Positions 44,774 through 57,849 of a DNA stretch of 64,000 bases are shown here, one piece after another. The notes under the pieces are model-generated. The model was not told where the DNA came from. It saw only the letters and a list, made by a program, of their open reading frames with translations, and did not search any database. Source of the stretch: Mobula hypostoma (lineage: Eukaryota); NCBI RefSeq assembly GCF_963921235.1, contig NC_086107.1:97590001-97654000 (forward strand), given 5' to 3'. Numbering within the stretch: the first letter of the stretch is position 1; every line of letters begins with the position of its first letter. Both the position numbers and the translations under genes were made by a program.

Positions 44774-47700
44774 AAATTGGGGCCTGCATCCGAGATATGA
44801 ACATATTGGTGGGAGCCATTCTAAAAATTGTCTGGGGGCTTGTTTGAATTGATTGGGGAAATCCCTTTTGATTTGGTTGTGTGGAAAAACAGCAGAAATG
44901 GATGTTAGGAAATTTCTGGCAACCCCAAACCCTATGGTTTTGAAGAGAGCTGAGAAGGATGAGTTGCAGAAAATTGTTGAGGAACTGGAACTTAAGACGG
45001 TAAAGATGGGTATGACTAAGGTAGAAATTCAAAAAAATAGTTGAATATTATATTTGGATGAAACAATTTCCTGAGGATGTGTTGAAAATGTTTGCTGAAG
45101 GTAAAGTACTTACTGAGGCTGAGTTTCAGCTACGGTTGGAAAAATTAAAGATGGAGCACGAGTTGCAACTGAAACAGCTCAAGGCAGGAGAGGCAGAAAA
45201 AGCAGACACAGTTTGAGAGGGAGATGTGGCAGCTGAGAGGTTTAGTGTTAGACCCTGATGATTATTACAGCTCGAAAGAGCTTGTGTTGATTGAAGAATT
45301 TAGAAGTTGTGACCCCTATGATGTAAGGGCATACCCAGATGAAGAGGATGCCGCCACCCTGAAGGGGGTCTGATAAGTTGTTTTAACCCACGAGGTTGAG
45401 TTTATTCCAGATGAGAGTTACCCAGAAAGTAGCTGGGAGGTTCGGGGTGACTTTGAATTTGAAACTGGGGCAAGTGATGAAAGCCCAGAAGAGGCAGTAG
45501 TCCCGATTGCATGTGGTCAGGTTGTTGCAGTACCCGTGGATTCACAGGGTACTGAATCTTGTGTTGAAGCTCAGTTAAGGTCTGAGATGTCTGACTCGGT
45601 TGGAAAGGAATGCAGTTCTTTTGTGTCAGATGGTCTTGGTTCAGTGAATAAGGGGTTAACCTTGATACCAGTGGAAATTGAAGATTCTCAGTCACTTGTA
45701 TTAGACAGTGTTTTAAAAGTTAGTGACGAGATGAAAATTGATGAGGTAAATGTTACTGAAGATATTGAGAAAAGTGTTGTTTCTGGACTTTTAGATAAAG
45801 TACTTGTGAAGGTTGGATTGGTTGTGCGACCTTTGACCCTGCTTGTTGGACAAAGGCCTGCTGAAGAAGTATGTGCCACTCTGTTGAATTTTGTTTTGAC
45901 ATTTGGGGGTAAACACCTTCAAGGTTATTATGTTGTTCAAGATAACGTTATGGAGACAGGTCAGAATAAAGGTCGAAGGAATAAGATAAATGGATTGTTT
46001 GGCCTTTTCCACAATATACACATGGTAGTTATAAGTCTGGTGATCGTGCTGAGTTTAGTAAACAATGGGGGGAGGTTGACACCTCTCCAAGGTGATGATG
46101 TGTATTCAGCAGTTCAACTAATGAGCAAAGCTGCTGCTAATGATCCACACAGAGAGGATAATGCTTACCCTGCCTGTGTAGTGACCCGAAGCATGTTTAG
46201 AAAGTCTGCTGAGGCTCATGAGAGCAAAACCAGGGGTTTAAAGTATGATGATGTGTCACAGACTTCTCTACCTTCCATGTTACAACAGAATTTGGAGAGT
46301 AAGGTGTATGAGAAAGGTTTGTCCTTGTCCAGGAGGAATTTATAGAGGAACAGAATAAAGATTCAGAAATGGTGGCTTTAAAGGAGACAGCTCTCACAGA
46401 AGAGGAGGTTCAGAGAGAGTCAACAGGATATTATCTTAAAGTTGGTATGTTGATGAGGAAGTGGAGACCAGCCACTGTGCCTGCTAGTGAGGACTGGGCC
46501 ACAGAACATCAGGTAGTGGTTCCAAAGGTTTACAGGGCTGAAATTTAAAACTTGGCCCACAAGATGCCTATAGGTGGACATTATGGAGTGAGAAAGACAG
46601 TGAACAGGATTATGAAGTAATTCTACTGGCCTAGTTTAAGAAAAGGTGTTGTGAATTTTTGCAGGAATTGCCATACCTGCCAGGTTGAGGGGAAACTTAA
46701 TCAGATTATTCAAGTGGCACCACTTAAACCAATACCTGCTTTTGGTGAACCTTCTCCTAGGATCATAGTGGATTGTGTTAGCCCTTTGCCAAAGACTGCA
46801 GCTGGTCATCAGTATGTGCTAACTGTTATGTGTGCTGCATCTAGGTTCCCTGAAGCGGTGCCTCTCGGAAACAACCAGCCCAAGATTATGGTAAAAGCAC
46901 TCAGTAAGTTTTTCACACTGGTAGGTCTGCCCAAAGAAATTCAATTTGACCAGGGTAGTAACTTTACTTCGAGAACATTCCAGGGGATAGTTGGAGAACT
47001 GGGAGCTAAGCCCATTGTGTCATCTGCATATCACACAGAGTCCGAGGGAGCCTTGGAACGGTTCAACTCCACTCTTAAGACAATGATTAAAACATATTGT
47101 GTGAAAAATGGGAAAAACTGGGATGAGGGGGTTCCCCTACTCTTATTTGCTGTTGGAGATTCGATTCAAAAATCATTGGAATATAGTCTATTTGAACCTG
47201 TGTTCGGTCACAGGCCAAAAGGACCTTTGACCCTACTCAAAGAACTGTGGTCTGATTTGGAAATATGTGTCAGTGTGCTTAATTATGTTTTAAAGTTCCA
47301 GGGGAGACTTGCCAACGCTTGTGACCTTGCAAAGGAAAGTTTGCAGAATGTTCAAATTAAAATAAAACACTTGTTTGATAGGATGGCACCTGGGAGGACT
47401 GTAATGAAAACAAATGGAGTCGTGAAGGCTGGGAATGAGGTGCAAAATCATTTTAACCCACTGAATCTAGTATCAACAAGATTTAAGAATTCTATTATTT
47501 TGAAAAAGATTACTGACAAGGTCCGTCAGTTGGAATCTACACCGCAAAATCAATTGAAGGAATTAATTAGCAAGCATAAAGATTTATTTTCTGACATTCC
47601 AAGACGGTGTACGGCTGCAGGGCATGACGTCGTTGTAAATTCAGCCCAGCTGATCAAAGAGCATCCTTACAGAATGAATTTAGAGAAAAGTAAAATGGTT

Positions 47701-48878
47701 GAACAAGAAATTGGAAACAAGAAGGAACAAGGAAAGAGAGTGGATGATTGTATTGATAAAGTGGGAAAGGCTAAATACCTTACAAGGATTGACCTGCTAA
47801 AAGGATATTGGTGTGTTAAGGAGAGGGCTAAAGAGATATCAGCATTTGTGACACCATCTAGACTGTATGAGTACAATGTTTTACCCTTCGGGATGAGAAA
47901 ATGCTCCAGGGACATTTCAAAGAATGATCAATTCTGTGACTAGAGGGTTAGAAAACACAGGGTCTTACATTGATGATTTAGTGGTCTTGAACGACACGTG
48001 GGAAGAACATGTTGCAGTGGTAGAAAAACTATTTGACAGGCTGTCCAATGCTAATCTTACTGTGAACCTCACTAAGAGTGATCTTGGCCATGCCCCAGTT
48101 ACATATCTTGGCTATGTAGTAGGCCAGGGACAACCGGCTCCTGTACAGGCCATGATTTAAGCTATTGCTGAGCTTCCCGTTCCAACGGGCAAGAAAGCAT
48201 TAAGAAGGTTTTTGGGAATGGTTGGGTATTACCGAACGTTTTGTAAGAACTTTGCTGACATTGCTTTCCTCCTAACGAAGCTCCTGGGGAAGAGTGAAAG
48301 ATTTGTATGGAGTGATCTTTGCCAGGAGGCATTTGGACGTCTGAAAACCATCCTGTGCTCAAAGCACCTGATTTTTCCAAGCCATTTTCTATAGCAACAG
48401 ACGCTAGTGATGAAGCTGATGGGGCAGTACTGTTACAGAAGGGTGTGGATGACATTGAACACCCAGTAGCCTATTTCTCAAAGAAATTTAATGGGCACCA
48501 GGAAAATTATTCCACTGTTGAAAAGGAATTACTAGCACTTATTCTGGCTTTACAACATTTTGAAGTTTATGTTTGTCCTGCCCAGAGACCACTTGTGGTT
48601 TACACGGATCACAATCCGTTCGTGTTTCTAACTAAGATGAAGGATAAAAATAGAAGGTTATTAAATTGGAGTCTGGTATTGCAAGAATATGACCTGACAA
48701 TCAAACATGTGAAAGGTACTGACAATAATATAGCTGATTGTTTATCTAGATGTTGTTAGAAATTGTACATATTTTTGCTCTGTTATCTGATGATTATACA
48801 TGTATTGTTTAAAACTCTGTAATTTACTTTTAAACTAAAATTTTGCCTGCGTCAAAATTTTTTCTAAGAGGAAGGTGG

Positions 48879-49713
48879 TGTGACGGGGTCCTGAATTACC
48901 CCTATGAACTGTGCTTTTGGAAAGAGAGAGAGAGAAGTGTCCAACACAGACACCTTGTTAAAAGAGAGAGAAAGAAAGAGAGAGAGAGGCGAAGACTGCT
49001 TTGAGATGGTGTTATGGCTTTTCAGCAGCATGTTTACATTTTTGCAAGGACACTAGCAGCTTCCAAGTTCTAACAGAGAGAGAAGGGAGGAGCTGCTTGA
49101 TCAAAAGTTGGTATTCAGCATGGTGAGATAAATAGAAAGTCAACTGTTAGACCTACAGACACATGGTTTTGGACACTGAGTGAGCTTGGTTGTGCCTGCA
49201 AAAAGGTGGGTTTTGGAGGATTGATCAGGTGGGTCAATCAGTGGCTCTAGCCGGTGACTGGTGGGGAGTCATTTGTGTGTCCAACCTTCGCCTGGGTTGA
49301 TAATTCCACCACAGAAGAATGGTCCCCTTTGTTATGGTCACAGTCAGTGACTTCTGAAGGATTTTGAGGATTTTGGAGGACAACAGGAAGATCAATGGCG
49401 TCAGCTGACCTGAAGACTCAAATCTCTCTCTCTCTCTCCATCACTACTCAACTCAATACCACGAACTGAACTGAACTTTACTCATCACTGTAAGACTGTA
49501 TCCATTTACCCCTAGACTTGAAGAGCTTGGTTTTCCTATATTTCCACACACATATATATATATATAAAATCATTGCTAACTTGTTTGATTTATCTGCATT
49601 TATATTACTGTATTGCGTAGTTACTAATAAATACCATAAGCTAATAGCAATACTGGCCTCCAAAGTGTTTTCCATTTCTGCTGGATCTTTAACCCATCAC
49701 AGGGTACGTGACA
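48879..49713 (+). repeat. 3' LTR (835 bp, TG...CA)
   Basis: Follows the polypurine tract; ends GGGTACGTGACA. Confidence 0.9.
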
Positions 49714-50199
49714 GTGGACCCTTCTGGACTTTTAGCAATGCTGCTCAGCAATCCCCCGATTTAATCCTAGCCTAAAATGGAGCAATATACAATGACCAAT
49801 TAATGTACCAACTGGTACGTCTTTGAACTGTGGGAGGAAATCCGGTCACAGGCAATGTTCCCTTTAATTTGTAAAGACCAGTATGCGCAGAAATCTTGTG
49901 CCATGCATTTTTATGCCCAGTGACAACAACATGCGCCCATTGAATAATTTCTTCAATAAAAACAATTTAGATAAGCCAGTTCTAAAATCTGCAGACAAAT
50001 CATCACAAACACCACTTTGAAAACACCGTCCGCATCAGAAACCGGAAAAGGAAATGTGACTGTGTACGATTGTGAAATATACTTAACGTGCCAACGAGGT
50101 GGAAAGTGACAACATTTTGTGTGCAGTTTATATCAACAACCCCTCCCAGTTTTGTGTCGTCTGAAACTTGCAAATCAAGCCCTGCGGAGGTGGTGGCAA

Positions 50200-51875
50200 A
50201 GAAATTGAACTTAATAAGTATTTTGCATCACTCTCCACTGTGAAAAGCACTAGCAGTATTCTAGGGATGCAAGAATGTCAGGAGAAGAAGTGAGTTTCAT
50301 TCAATTATTAAGGAGAAGGTGCTTGGGAAGCTGAAAAGTCTGAAGGTAGATAAGTCACCTGGACCAGATGATCTACATTTCAAGGTTCTGAAAGAGGTAG
50401 CTGAAGATCTTTTGGAGACATTAGTAATGATTTTTCAAGAATCACTATATTTTGGAATGGTTCTGGAGGAATGGAAAATTGCAAAAGTCATTCCACTCTT
50501 TAAGAAGGAAGGGAGGCAGAAGAAAAGAAGTTATAGCTTGACATCAGGAGTCTATTATGAAGGAAGAGGTATTGGGGTGCTTGGAGGCACATAACAAAAT
50601 AGACCAAAATCAGCATGGTTTCCATCAGGGTAAGTCTCGTCTGACAAATCTGTCGGAATTTGTTAAAGAAATAACAGGCAGTATAGACAAAGGAGTCAGT
50701 GGATGTTGTCTACTTCGATTTTCAATAGGCCTTTGACAAGGTGCCACACAAGAAGCTGCTAAACAAGGTAAGAGCCCATGGTATTACAGGAAAGATACAA
50801 GATGGATAGAAAACTGACAGACTGTCAGGAGGTAAAGAGTGGGAATAAAGAGGGCCTTTTCTGGTTGGATGCCAGTGACTAGTGGTGATCTGCAGTGATC
50901 TGTGTTGGGACTGCTTCTTTTCATGTTATATGTCAATGATTTGAATGAAGGAATTGATGGCTTTGTGGCCAAGTTTCTGGAGGGACAGGTAATTAGTTTT
51001 GAGTAAGCAGGGTGTCTGCAGAAGGACTTAGATTGGGAGAATGGGCAAAGAAGTGGCAGATGTAATATAGTGTAGGGAAGGTTATGGTCATGGACTTTGA
51101 GAGAAGGAATAAAGGCGTGGACTATTTTCTAAATTGGGAGGAAATTCAAAAATCAGAACTGCAAAGGGATTTGGAAATCCTCCTGCAGAATTTCCTAAAG
51201 GTTAACTTGCAGTTTGAGTCGGTAGTAAGGAAGGCAAATGCAATATTAGCATTCATTTCAAAAGGACTAGAATATAAAAGCAAGGATATGTTGATGAGGC
51301 TTTGTAAGGCATTGGCCAGACTGCACTTGGAGTATTGCATGCAGTTTTGGGCCCCTTAAAAAAGAGAAGATGTGCTTGCATTTGAAAGGGTCCATCCAGA
51401 GGAGATTCATAAGAAGGACCTCAGGAATGAAAGGCTTAATATATGAGAAGCATTTGATGACCGTGGGCCTGTACTGATTGGAGTTTAGAAGAAGGAGGTG
51501 GATATCAGTGAAACCTCTCGAATATTGAAAGGCCTGGGTAGAGTGGATGTGGAGGGGCTGTCTCTTACAGTGGGGGAGTCTAGACCAGAGGGCACAGCCT
51601 CAGAATACAGGGACATCCACTTAGAACAGAGATGAGGAAAAATCTACTTAGTCAGAGAGTGGAGAATCTGTGGCATTTGTTGCCACAGACGTCTGTGGAG
51701 GCCAAGTCATTGGGTATATTTGAGGCAGAGATTGATAGATTCTTGAGTAATCAGGGCCTCAAAGGTTACGAGGAGAAGATAGGAGAATGAAGTTGAGAGG
51801 CATAATAAATCAGCCATGATGGAATGGAGGAACAGACTCAATGGGCCTAATTTTGCTCCTATGTCTTATGGTTTT
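50200..51875 (+). mobile_element. Decayed CR1 LINE (RT to 3' tail)
   Basis: LKVDKSPGPD..W..A.V.PLFKK; FDKVPH; LHLEYCMQFWAP; ctcctatgtcttatgg tail. Confidence 0.9.
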
Positions 51876-54176
51876 AGATATTATAACCAAACTTCCACGT
51901 TATTGCAATGAGTGGTATCAAAATCACACAGGACTGATGAGAAAGAATGACTGAAAGTGGAGAAAGAGAGAGGGGAAACTAGTTCTGTCATTCACAGGAG
52001 CGAACACATGTATGTATATTGATCTTTTGATTTAAATTATTGTGGTGTTCATATACCAAGGATAACATGTTCTTAAGATTTATCTAATCTTAAGAATTAT
52101 ATTTGATTAAACAATAACCATTGCAGTAACACCAGTCTTACTGACGGAATCTCGAATGGTGATTCTTCATCATCATTATGTGCTGTGTCATATGACATCA
52201 TCATTATGTGACATGTCGTATAACATCATCGTTATGTGCCATGTCTTATGACATGGGCGATCATCGTCTTTCCATGACCATGATTGTTCTTGGCAATTTT
52301 TTCTACAGAAGTGGTTTGCCATCGCCTTTTTCTGGGCAGTGCCTTTACAAGACGGGTGATCCCAACCATTATCAATATTCTTCAGTGATTGTCTCTCTGG
52401 CATCAGTGGTCACATAACCAGGGCTAGTGAAATGCTCCAGCTGCTCATATGACCATCCAGCACCTGCTCCATGGCTACCCGTGAGCCTGTTCCGGGGAGC
52501 TAAGAAAGTGTACACTTTGCACAAGGGTGACCTGCAGGCTACTAGAGGGAAGGTGTGCGCCAATGGTGATTAGGAGGTGTTTAACAGTAAGATGGATCGG
52601 CTGGTTGAGAGTTGTCGCAAAAACAGCCGTGCAAGACCAAGGAATTGATTGTGGACCTCAGGGAGGGGAAGTTGGGAGAACATACCAGTCCTCATTGAGG
52701 GGTCATCAGCAGAATAGGTGAACAGATTCAAGTTCCTGGGCATCAGCATCTCAGAGGATCCAATCTTGGCCCAAGATATTGATGCAATCATGAAGAAGGC
52801 ACACCAGTGGCTGTACTGTACTTCATTAGAAGTTTAAGGAGATTTGGGATTCACCAAAGACTAGCAATATAGACGTATGATGGAGAACCTTCTGATTGAT
52901 TGCATCACAGACTGGTACTGAACCTCCAATGCACATGACCACAAGAAGCTATGGAGAGGGTTGTAGGCTCCGCCAGCCCCTTCATGGGCAAAACCCTCCC
53001 CACTATTAAGGACATCTTCAAGCGATGGCTTCTCAAGAAGATGGCATGCATCATTATGGATCCTCAACACCTAGTCTCACAATAAAGCTTTCACCAAGCC
53101 CCCTCCACATAAATACCATCAGGGAGGAGGTACAGGAGCCGAAAGACCTACACTCAGTGCTTTAAGAACAGCTGAATAATCCATAAACCCATGTGTGTGG
53201 CAGAGTGGCACTGCGGGCATCCATGCTGGTTTGGGAGCTGCTCCTCCCATCAGTGATGCCCTCCAGTGTTCACTCATTGGAAAACAAGCTGGATCGCGTG
53301 TGTCTGCAGCTGGACTGCTGCCGGCTTGTTCTTGCCAACAACATCCCATGACCTATCAATATACAGTACATGTCAGCAATTTGGACCTTTTTCTTTATGA
53401 CTATACATTTACTGCTGTTATAATTATATGTGCTGTATGTCCTTTGTGCTGTGTGTGACTGTTAGTACTATGTTTTGTATCTTGGCCCTGGAGGAATGCT
53501 GTTTTGTTTGTATTCATGGTATTCATGTTTGGTTGAATGACAACGTGAACTTGAACACTACATTGTTGTTCATCTTTGGACTGTTTCTTTTGTAACTTAC
53601 GGTAATTTTTATGTCTTGCTCCATACTGCTGCTGCAAAGCAACAAATTTCACAACATACGTCAGGGATAGTAAAGCTGATTCTGACAATATTATTCAAAG
53701 GCCTCTCAGCTGTCTGCAATTCTCATGAAGTTACTTCCACTTACTGCAAAACAAAACATCCGTTTACCACTGTATATTTCTGATCTAATCAATATGTGTG
53801 AGAACAGTGTCATTTAATAAATATTAAGGAACAACTGTTCTTTCTCCTAAAAGGGCAAGTTTTCCTATTAAATTAATATGTCTTAATACATCCCTTTTGT
53901 TAGCGAGGGCGCTGGGCAACAGCGAATGAAGACTACAATAGCCCTTTACACCACTTATTGCCATGGTTATGAAAGGAAATGTACGCAGTTAATTCAGGAA
54001 ATAAACAACTCTCAAGAAAAACAATGCTTTCATATTTCCCCTTTTGTTAAGGACCCCTGGATGCAATAGCAGATATCATCTCTGATTATGGCCCTTGACA
54101 CCACTCTCAATAGCAGACCAAAGGGGAAGTCTGCCTACTCAGGTAGAAAAATCTCTTTTTAAGTCCATAAGACATA

Positions 54177-54697
54177 CAGTACAGTTCAAAAGTCTTAGGC
54201 TAGGGTGCCAAAGGCTTTTGCGTGGTACTGTAGTGATCTTACCTATTGCACTGTACTGCCTCCTAAAACAAAGACAAGTTTCATGACATGTGTGAGTGAT
54301 GATAAACCTGATTCTGATATGGGTCCCTATTGTGGAAGGGGGCAGGGAGAGGTGAATCATGGGAAAAGGGGAAGGGAGAAGGGAAGGAGTGGGAAGCACC
54401 AGAGAGACTTTCTGCAATGATTAATAAACCAGTTGTTTGGAATCAAATGACCTTACCTGGTGTCTCAGGGCTCGGTGTGTCTGCACCCACGCCATCTCCC
54501 AACCCTGACACTCTTCTGCTATCTGTCCCACACACCCCTCCTGTGGCACTCCACCTTCACCATTCCCAACATCCTTTACTCCCACCAGATTTACAAACTC
54601 TCTCTCTGCTCCACGTTGACAAATACAGTACCGTGCAAAGATCTTAGGCACCCTGGTTGTGCAGTATATATGTGCTTAAGACTTTTGCACAGTCCTG
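54177..54697. mobile_element. Second copy (inverted) of the composite double-mini-Tc1 element
   Basis: Hairpin units 54177-54230 and 54626-54697, each TA-flanked; core homologous to the reverse complement of 30136-30517. Confidence 0.8.
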
Positions 54698-54846
54698 TAG
54701 GAGCAGAACAATGTTATTAGGTCCATCGAGTCAGCCCTGCCGCTCGACTACGGCTGATTTGTTTTCCCTTTCTATCCCTCATCTTCCTCATGATCAGGCA
54801 AGTTCCTGTTACGTGGCGCATATAACAAATCACCATGGCAACCAAC

Positions 54847-55774
54847 TTTATTCAAGGTGTTTGCAGATTCTTGAGACATTAACATTCCATACCAATATTT
54901 TAGTGACAATATTAATTATACATGTCACAAAGATTTAATGACTCAATAACATGTATGGAATCACTATTCTAACCCAAATACAAAGTTCTTGCCATCATAA
55001 TCGCTTTGTCATATTTATATTCTATTTTGGAGCCCCTTGATGCCCTCTGTTACATCTTCTAAGGTGTGTAACATACTAAAACTAAAATCCTGGTCTGAAA
55101 CTTCAACTGTTTGTTCCCATCCATAGATGCTGCCTGACCTGCTGAGCTCCTCCAGCACATTATGTGTATCGCTCTAGGTTTCCAGCGTCTGCAGTACCTC
55201 TTGTGTCTATACTAAACCAATTCTTGTTCTGCAGAAGAGCTACATGTTCTGGGGTGTCTCCTTGTTTTGTGGCTGCCCGCAAGAAGACGAATCTCAAGGT
55301 TGTATACTGTGCATAGTTAGATAATAAACGTACTTTGAACTTTGAATGGTTAATACAGATAACAAGATAGTTATAATGAAACATATCACTATTGGATAAA
55401 TAAACATCTTAAGTAACAGTTTTGCCTTGAAGGCTTTCTGAGAGCATTCACATCCTCTGAACTATTCCTCACAGTCTGCTTTTCCACAACTGCGGGAGAA
55501 CTTTAGAACTGTGTTCTCTTAGCAGGACCTTCTGTAACTTTTTGAACAGTCACCAGTTCCAGGATTTGATCTCCATCTGTTCTCATTGTCTGATTTTGAT
55601 TCATCTTTCACCAACAGCTTCCATCTCATCTGTACAGCACACGCTCCATCAGTAGAATGCGTTCACTTCAGCGCCACTTTCCAAGGTTGGACACGTGTTT
55701 CAGGAAGTGCTTCTTGTTGACCTTTGGAACGTCCAAGTGGAGATACAGTGTCAGGCAGCCTGAAGGCTTCTGCC
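54847..55774 (-). other. Candidate terminal exon and 3' UTR of an unidentified gene
   Basis: Acceptor gttgtccttttgtcag at 55775; two frames open for about 35 codons; unique AT-rich downstream sequence; AATAAA at 54847-54852 (-) followed by a GT-rich tract. Confidence 0.35.
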
Positions 55775-55915
55775 CTGACAAAAGGACAACTCCGTATCAT
55801 TCTGTGATCTGGCTGCCCTCTCGGTGGGTTGATTTGTCCACCTTGATCTGCCGTGAAGTCACAGAGGCATGCGGCACGGAAGCTGGCCACTCGGACCACT
55901 TCATCCATGCTAGCA

Positions 55916-56212
55916 ACACTCACAATACGCTGGAGGAACTCAGAAGGTCAGGCAGCATCAGTGGAAATGATGAGTCGATGTTTCGGGCCAGAACTCTTCG
56001 TCAGGACTGAAGAAAGAAGGTGGGGGAGAGTTGGAAGAAGGCTCGTAGTTTCCAACCCTCCAGCACCTTCTTTCTTCAGTCCCGACGAAGGGTTCCGGCC
56101 CGAAACGTCGACTCATCCTTTCCACTGATGCTGCCCGACCTGCTGAGTTCCTCCAGTGTGTTGTGAGTGTTGCTCTGATCCCAGCATCTGCAGATTATTT
56201 TGTGTTTATCAC
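55916..56212. mobile_element. Miniature palindromic Penelope derivative (two inverted pLTR ends) with 11-bp TSD
   Basis: TSD CCATGCTAGCA at 55905-55915 and 56213-56223; inverted arms of about 105 bp; hammerhead-like motif in each arm. Confidence 0.88.
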
Positions 56213-56967
56213 CCATGCTAGCACTGGGCATCCATCCATATTGGTCTCATCGTCCAGAACTTGAGCCAAAGCCCTGTGGACACTTCTTGCACTCTGTCAA
56301 CGACCCTGCTTCTATGTTGTTGTTCTTGCTTTCCCTCCCCGCGCCTTGTGGCGCATCGGGCGGCAACCTTGCCAGCTTTTTTAGCATTTCTGTCTGTTTT
56401 TCACGAGGCCGAGATCCTGGCTCATCGGTCAACCCAACGCAGGTGGAAAGCGTGCCGGGAGGCAGTCGGATTCGAACCCAGGAGCACTTGCTTCAAAGCC
56501 CAGTGGGGTTGCCACGACACCACCGGCTAGCTTATTAACCCATCTATATCCCTGATATTGTTATATACCTCAGTAATGGCACCTCTTAACACCCAACATG
56601 CCACTCATAACTGAAACACTCCATCCCAGGGAACATCCTGGTGATTCTCCTCTGCGCTCTCTCCAGCATCATCACATCCATCCTATAGAGTAGTGACTGG
56701 AACTGCACATCGTTCTCCAGCCAAGGTCTCATCAAAGTTTTATAAAACTGGATCATAACCTCCCTGCTCCTGTATGCTGAAGACATCTGATATGTCCCCT
56801 GTGACACTCACCAATATTTATAGATGCACATTAGAGAGCATCCTGTCTGGATGCATCACAGCTTGGAAATGCAACAGTGCTTCCCACAAGCTCAGCACAT
56901 TGCAGAAAATATGCCTCCACTCCATGGACTCTATCGACACCGCCCTAGTAAAGCAGCCAGCATAATC

Positions 56968-57585
56968 AAAGATATCAGTGAGACCTGGCGTAGATTGGGA
57001 GACCTCTTCGCCGAGCACCTACACTCCATCCACCAGGAAAAACGGGATCTCCCAGTGGCCACCCATTTCAATTCTACTTTCCGTTCCCATTCCGATATGC
57101 CATGCTGAGGTCACCCTCAGGTTGGAGGAGCAACACCTTATATTCCATCTGGGTAGCCTCCAACCTGGTGAACATCGATTTCTTTAACTTCCAGTAATCG
57201 CAACCCCCCCTGCCATTCCCCATTCCTGTTTCCCTCTCTCACCTTATCTCTTTACCCGCCGATCACCTCCCTCTGGTGCTTCTCCCCCTTCCCTTTCTTC
57301 CACGGTCTTCCATCCTGTCCTATCAGATTCTCCCTTCTCCAGCCCTGTATCTCTTCCGCCAATCGACTTCTCAGCTCTTTACTTCACCCCTTCCCCCTCT
57401 GCGAGTTTCACCTTTCACCTGCCACCTTGTACTTCTTCCTCCCCTCCCACTACCTTCTTACGCTGACTTTTCTCCTTCCTTTGCAGTCCTGAAGAAGGGA
57501 CTCAGCTCAAAATGTCGACTGTACTCTTTTCCACAGATATTGCCTGGCCTGCAGAGGTCTTCCAGCATTTTGTGTGCGTTGCTTA
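56968..57585 (+). mobile_element. Penelope GIY-YIG C-terminus plus pLTR
   Basis: ISETWRRLGDLFAEHL..DLPVATHFN..LRLEEQHLIFHLGSLQP. Confidence 0.85.
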
Positions 57586-57849
57586 TAATCTGGACATTCT
57601 CTCTTTTGCCCCCTCAAATCATGCAGAAGATACCAAAGCCTAAAAACATGTTCTGCAAGGCTCAAGGACATCCTTTACCCTGCTGTAATTAGACAATTGA
57701 ACAGTCCCCTGATATAATAGGGACTTTTCAGTGGGCTGCAATCAACACAAGTTAGATCATTGGAGATGCAGTGCAAGGTTTAAAAAGAGCTCAGGAACTC
57801 CTGGGACTTTTCAGAGCGCTGCAATTAAAACAAGTTACTAGGAACTCAG

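Larger units (their letters stand above)
44513..49713 (+). mobile_element. Decayed Gmr1-like Ty3/Gypsy LTR retrotransposon (gag, IN, RT, RNase H order)
   Basis: 5' LTR 44513-44773, 3' LTR 48879-49713; degenerate tRNA-Pro-like PBS about 44778-44796; PPT 48866-48878; integrase (GH.G, CHTC, DCVSPLP, FDQGSNF, LERFN) at 46.5-47.3 kb precedes RT (DLLKGYW, PFGM, YIDD) and RNase H (TDAS, EKELLA, YTDH, ADCLSR). Confidence 0.92.

Noticed and set aside
45536..46345. 269-aa ORF as a host gene
   Set aside because: Internal to the LTR element (degenerate gag/protease linker with ACVVTRSM); not independent
46651..48759. Functional or domesticated pol/integrase
   Set aside because: Multiple stops, frameshifts and deletions; decayed element
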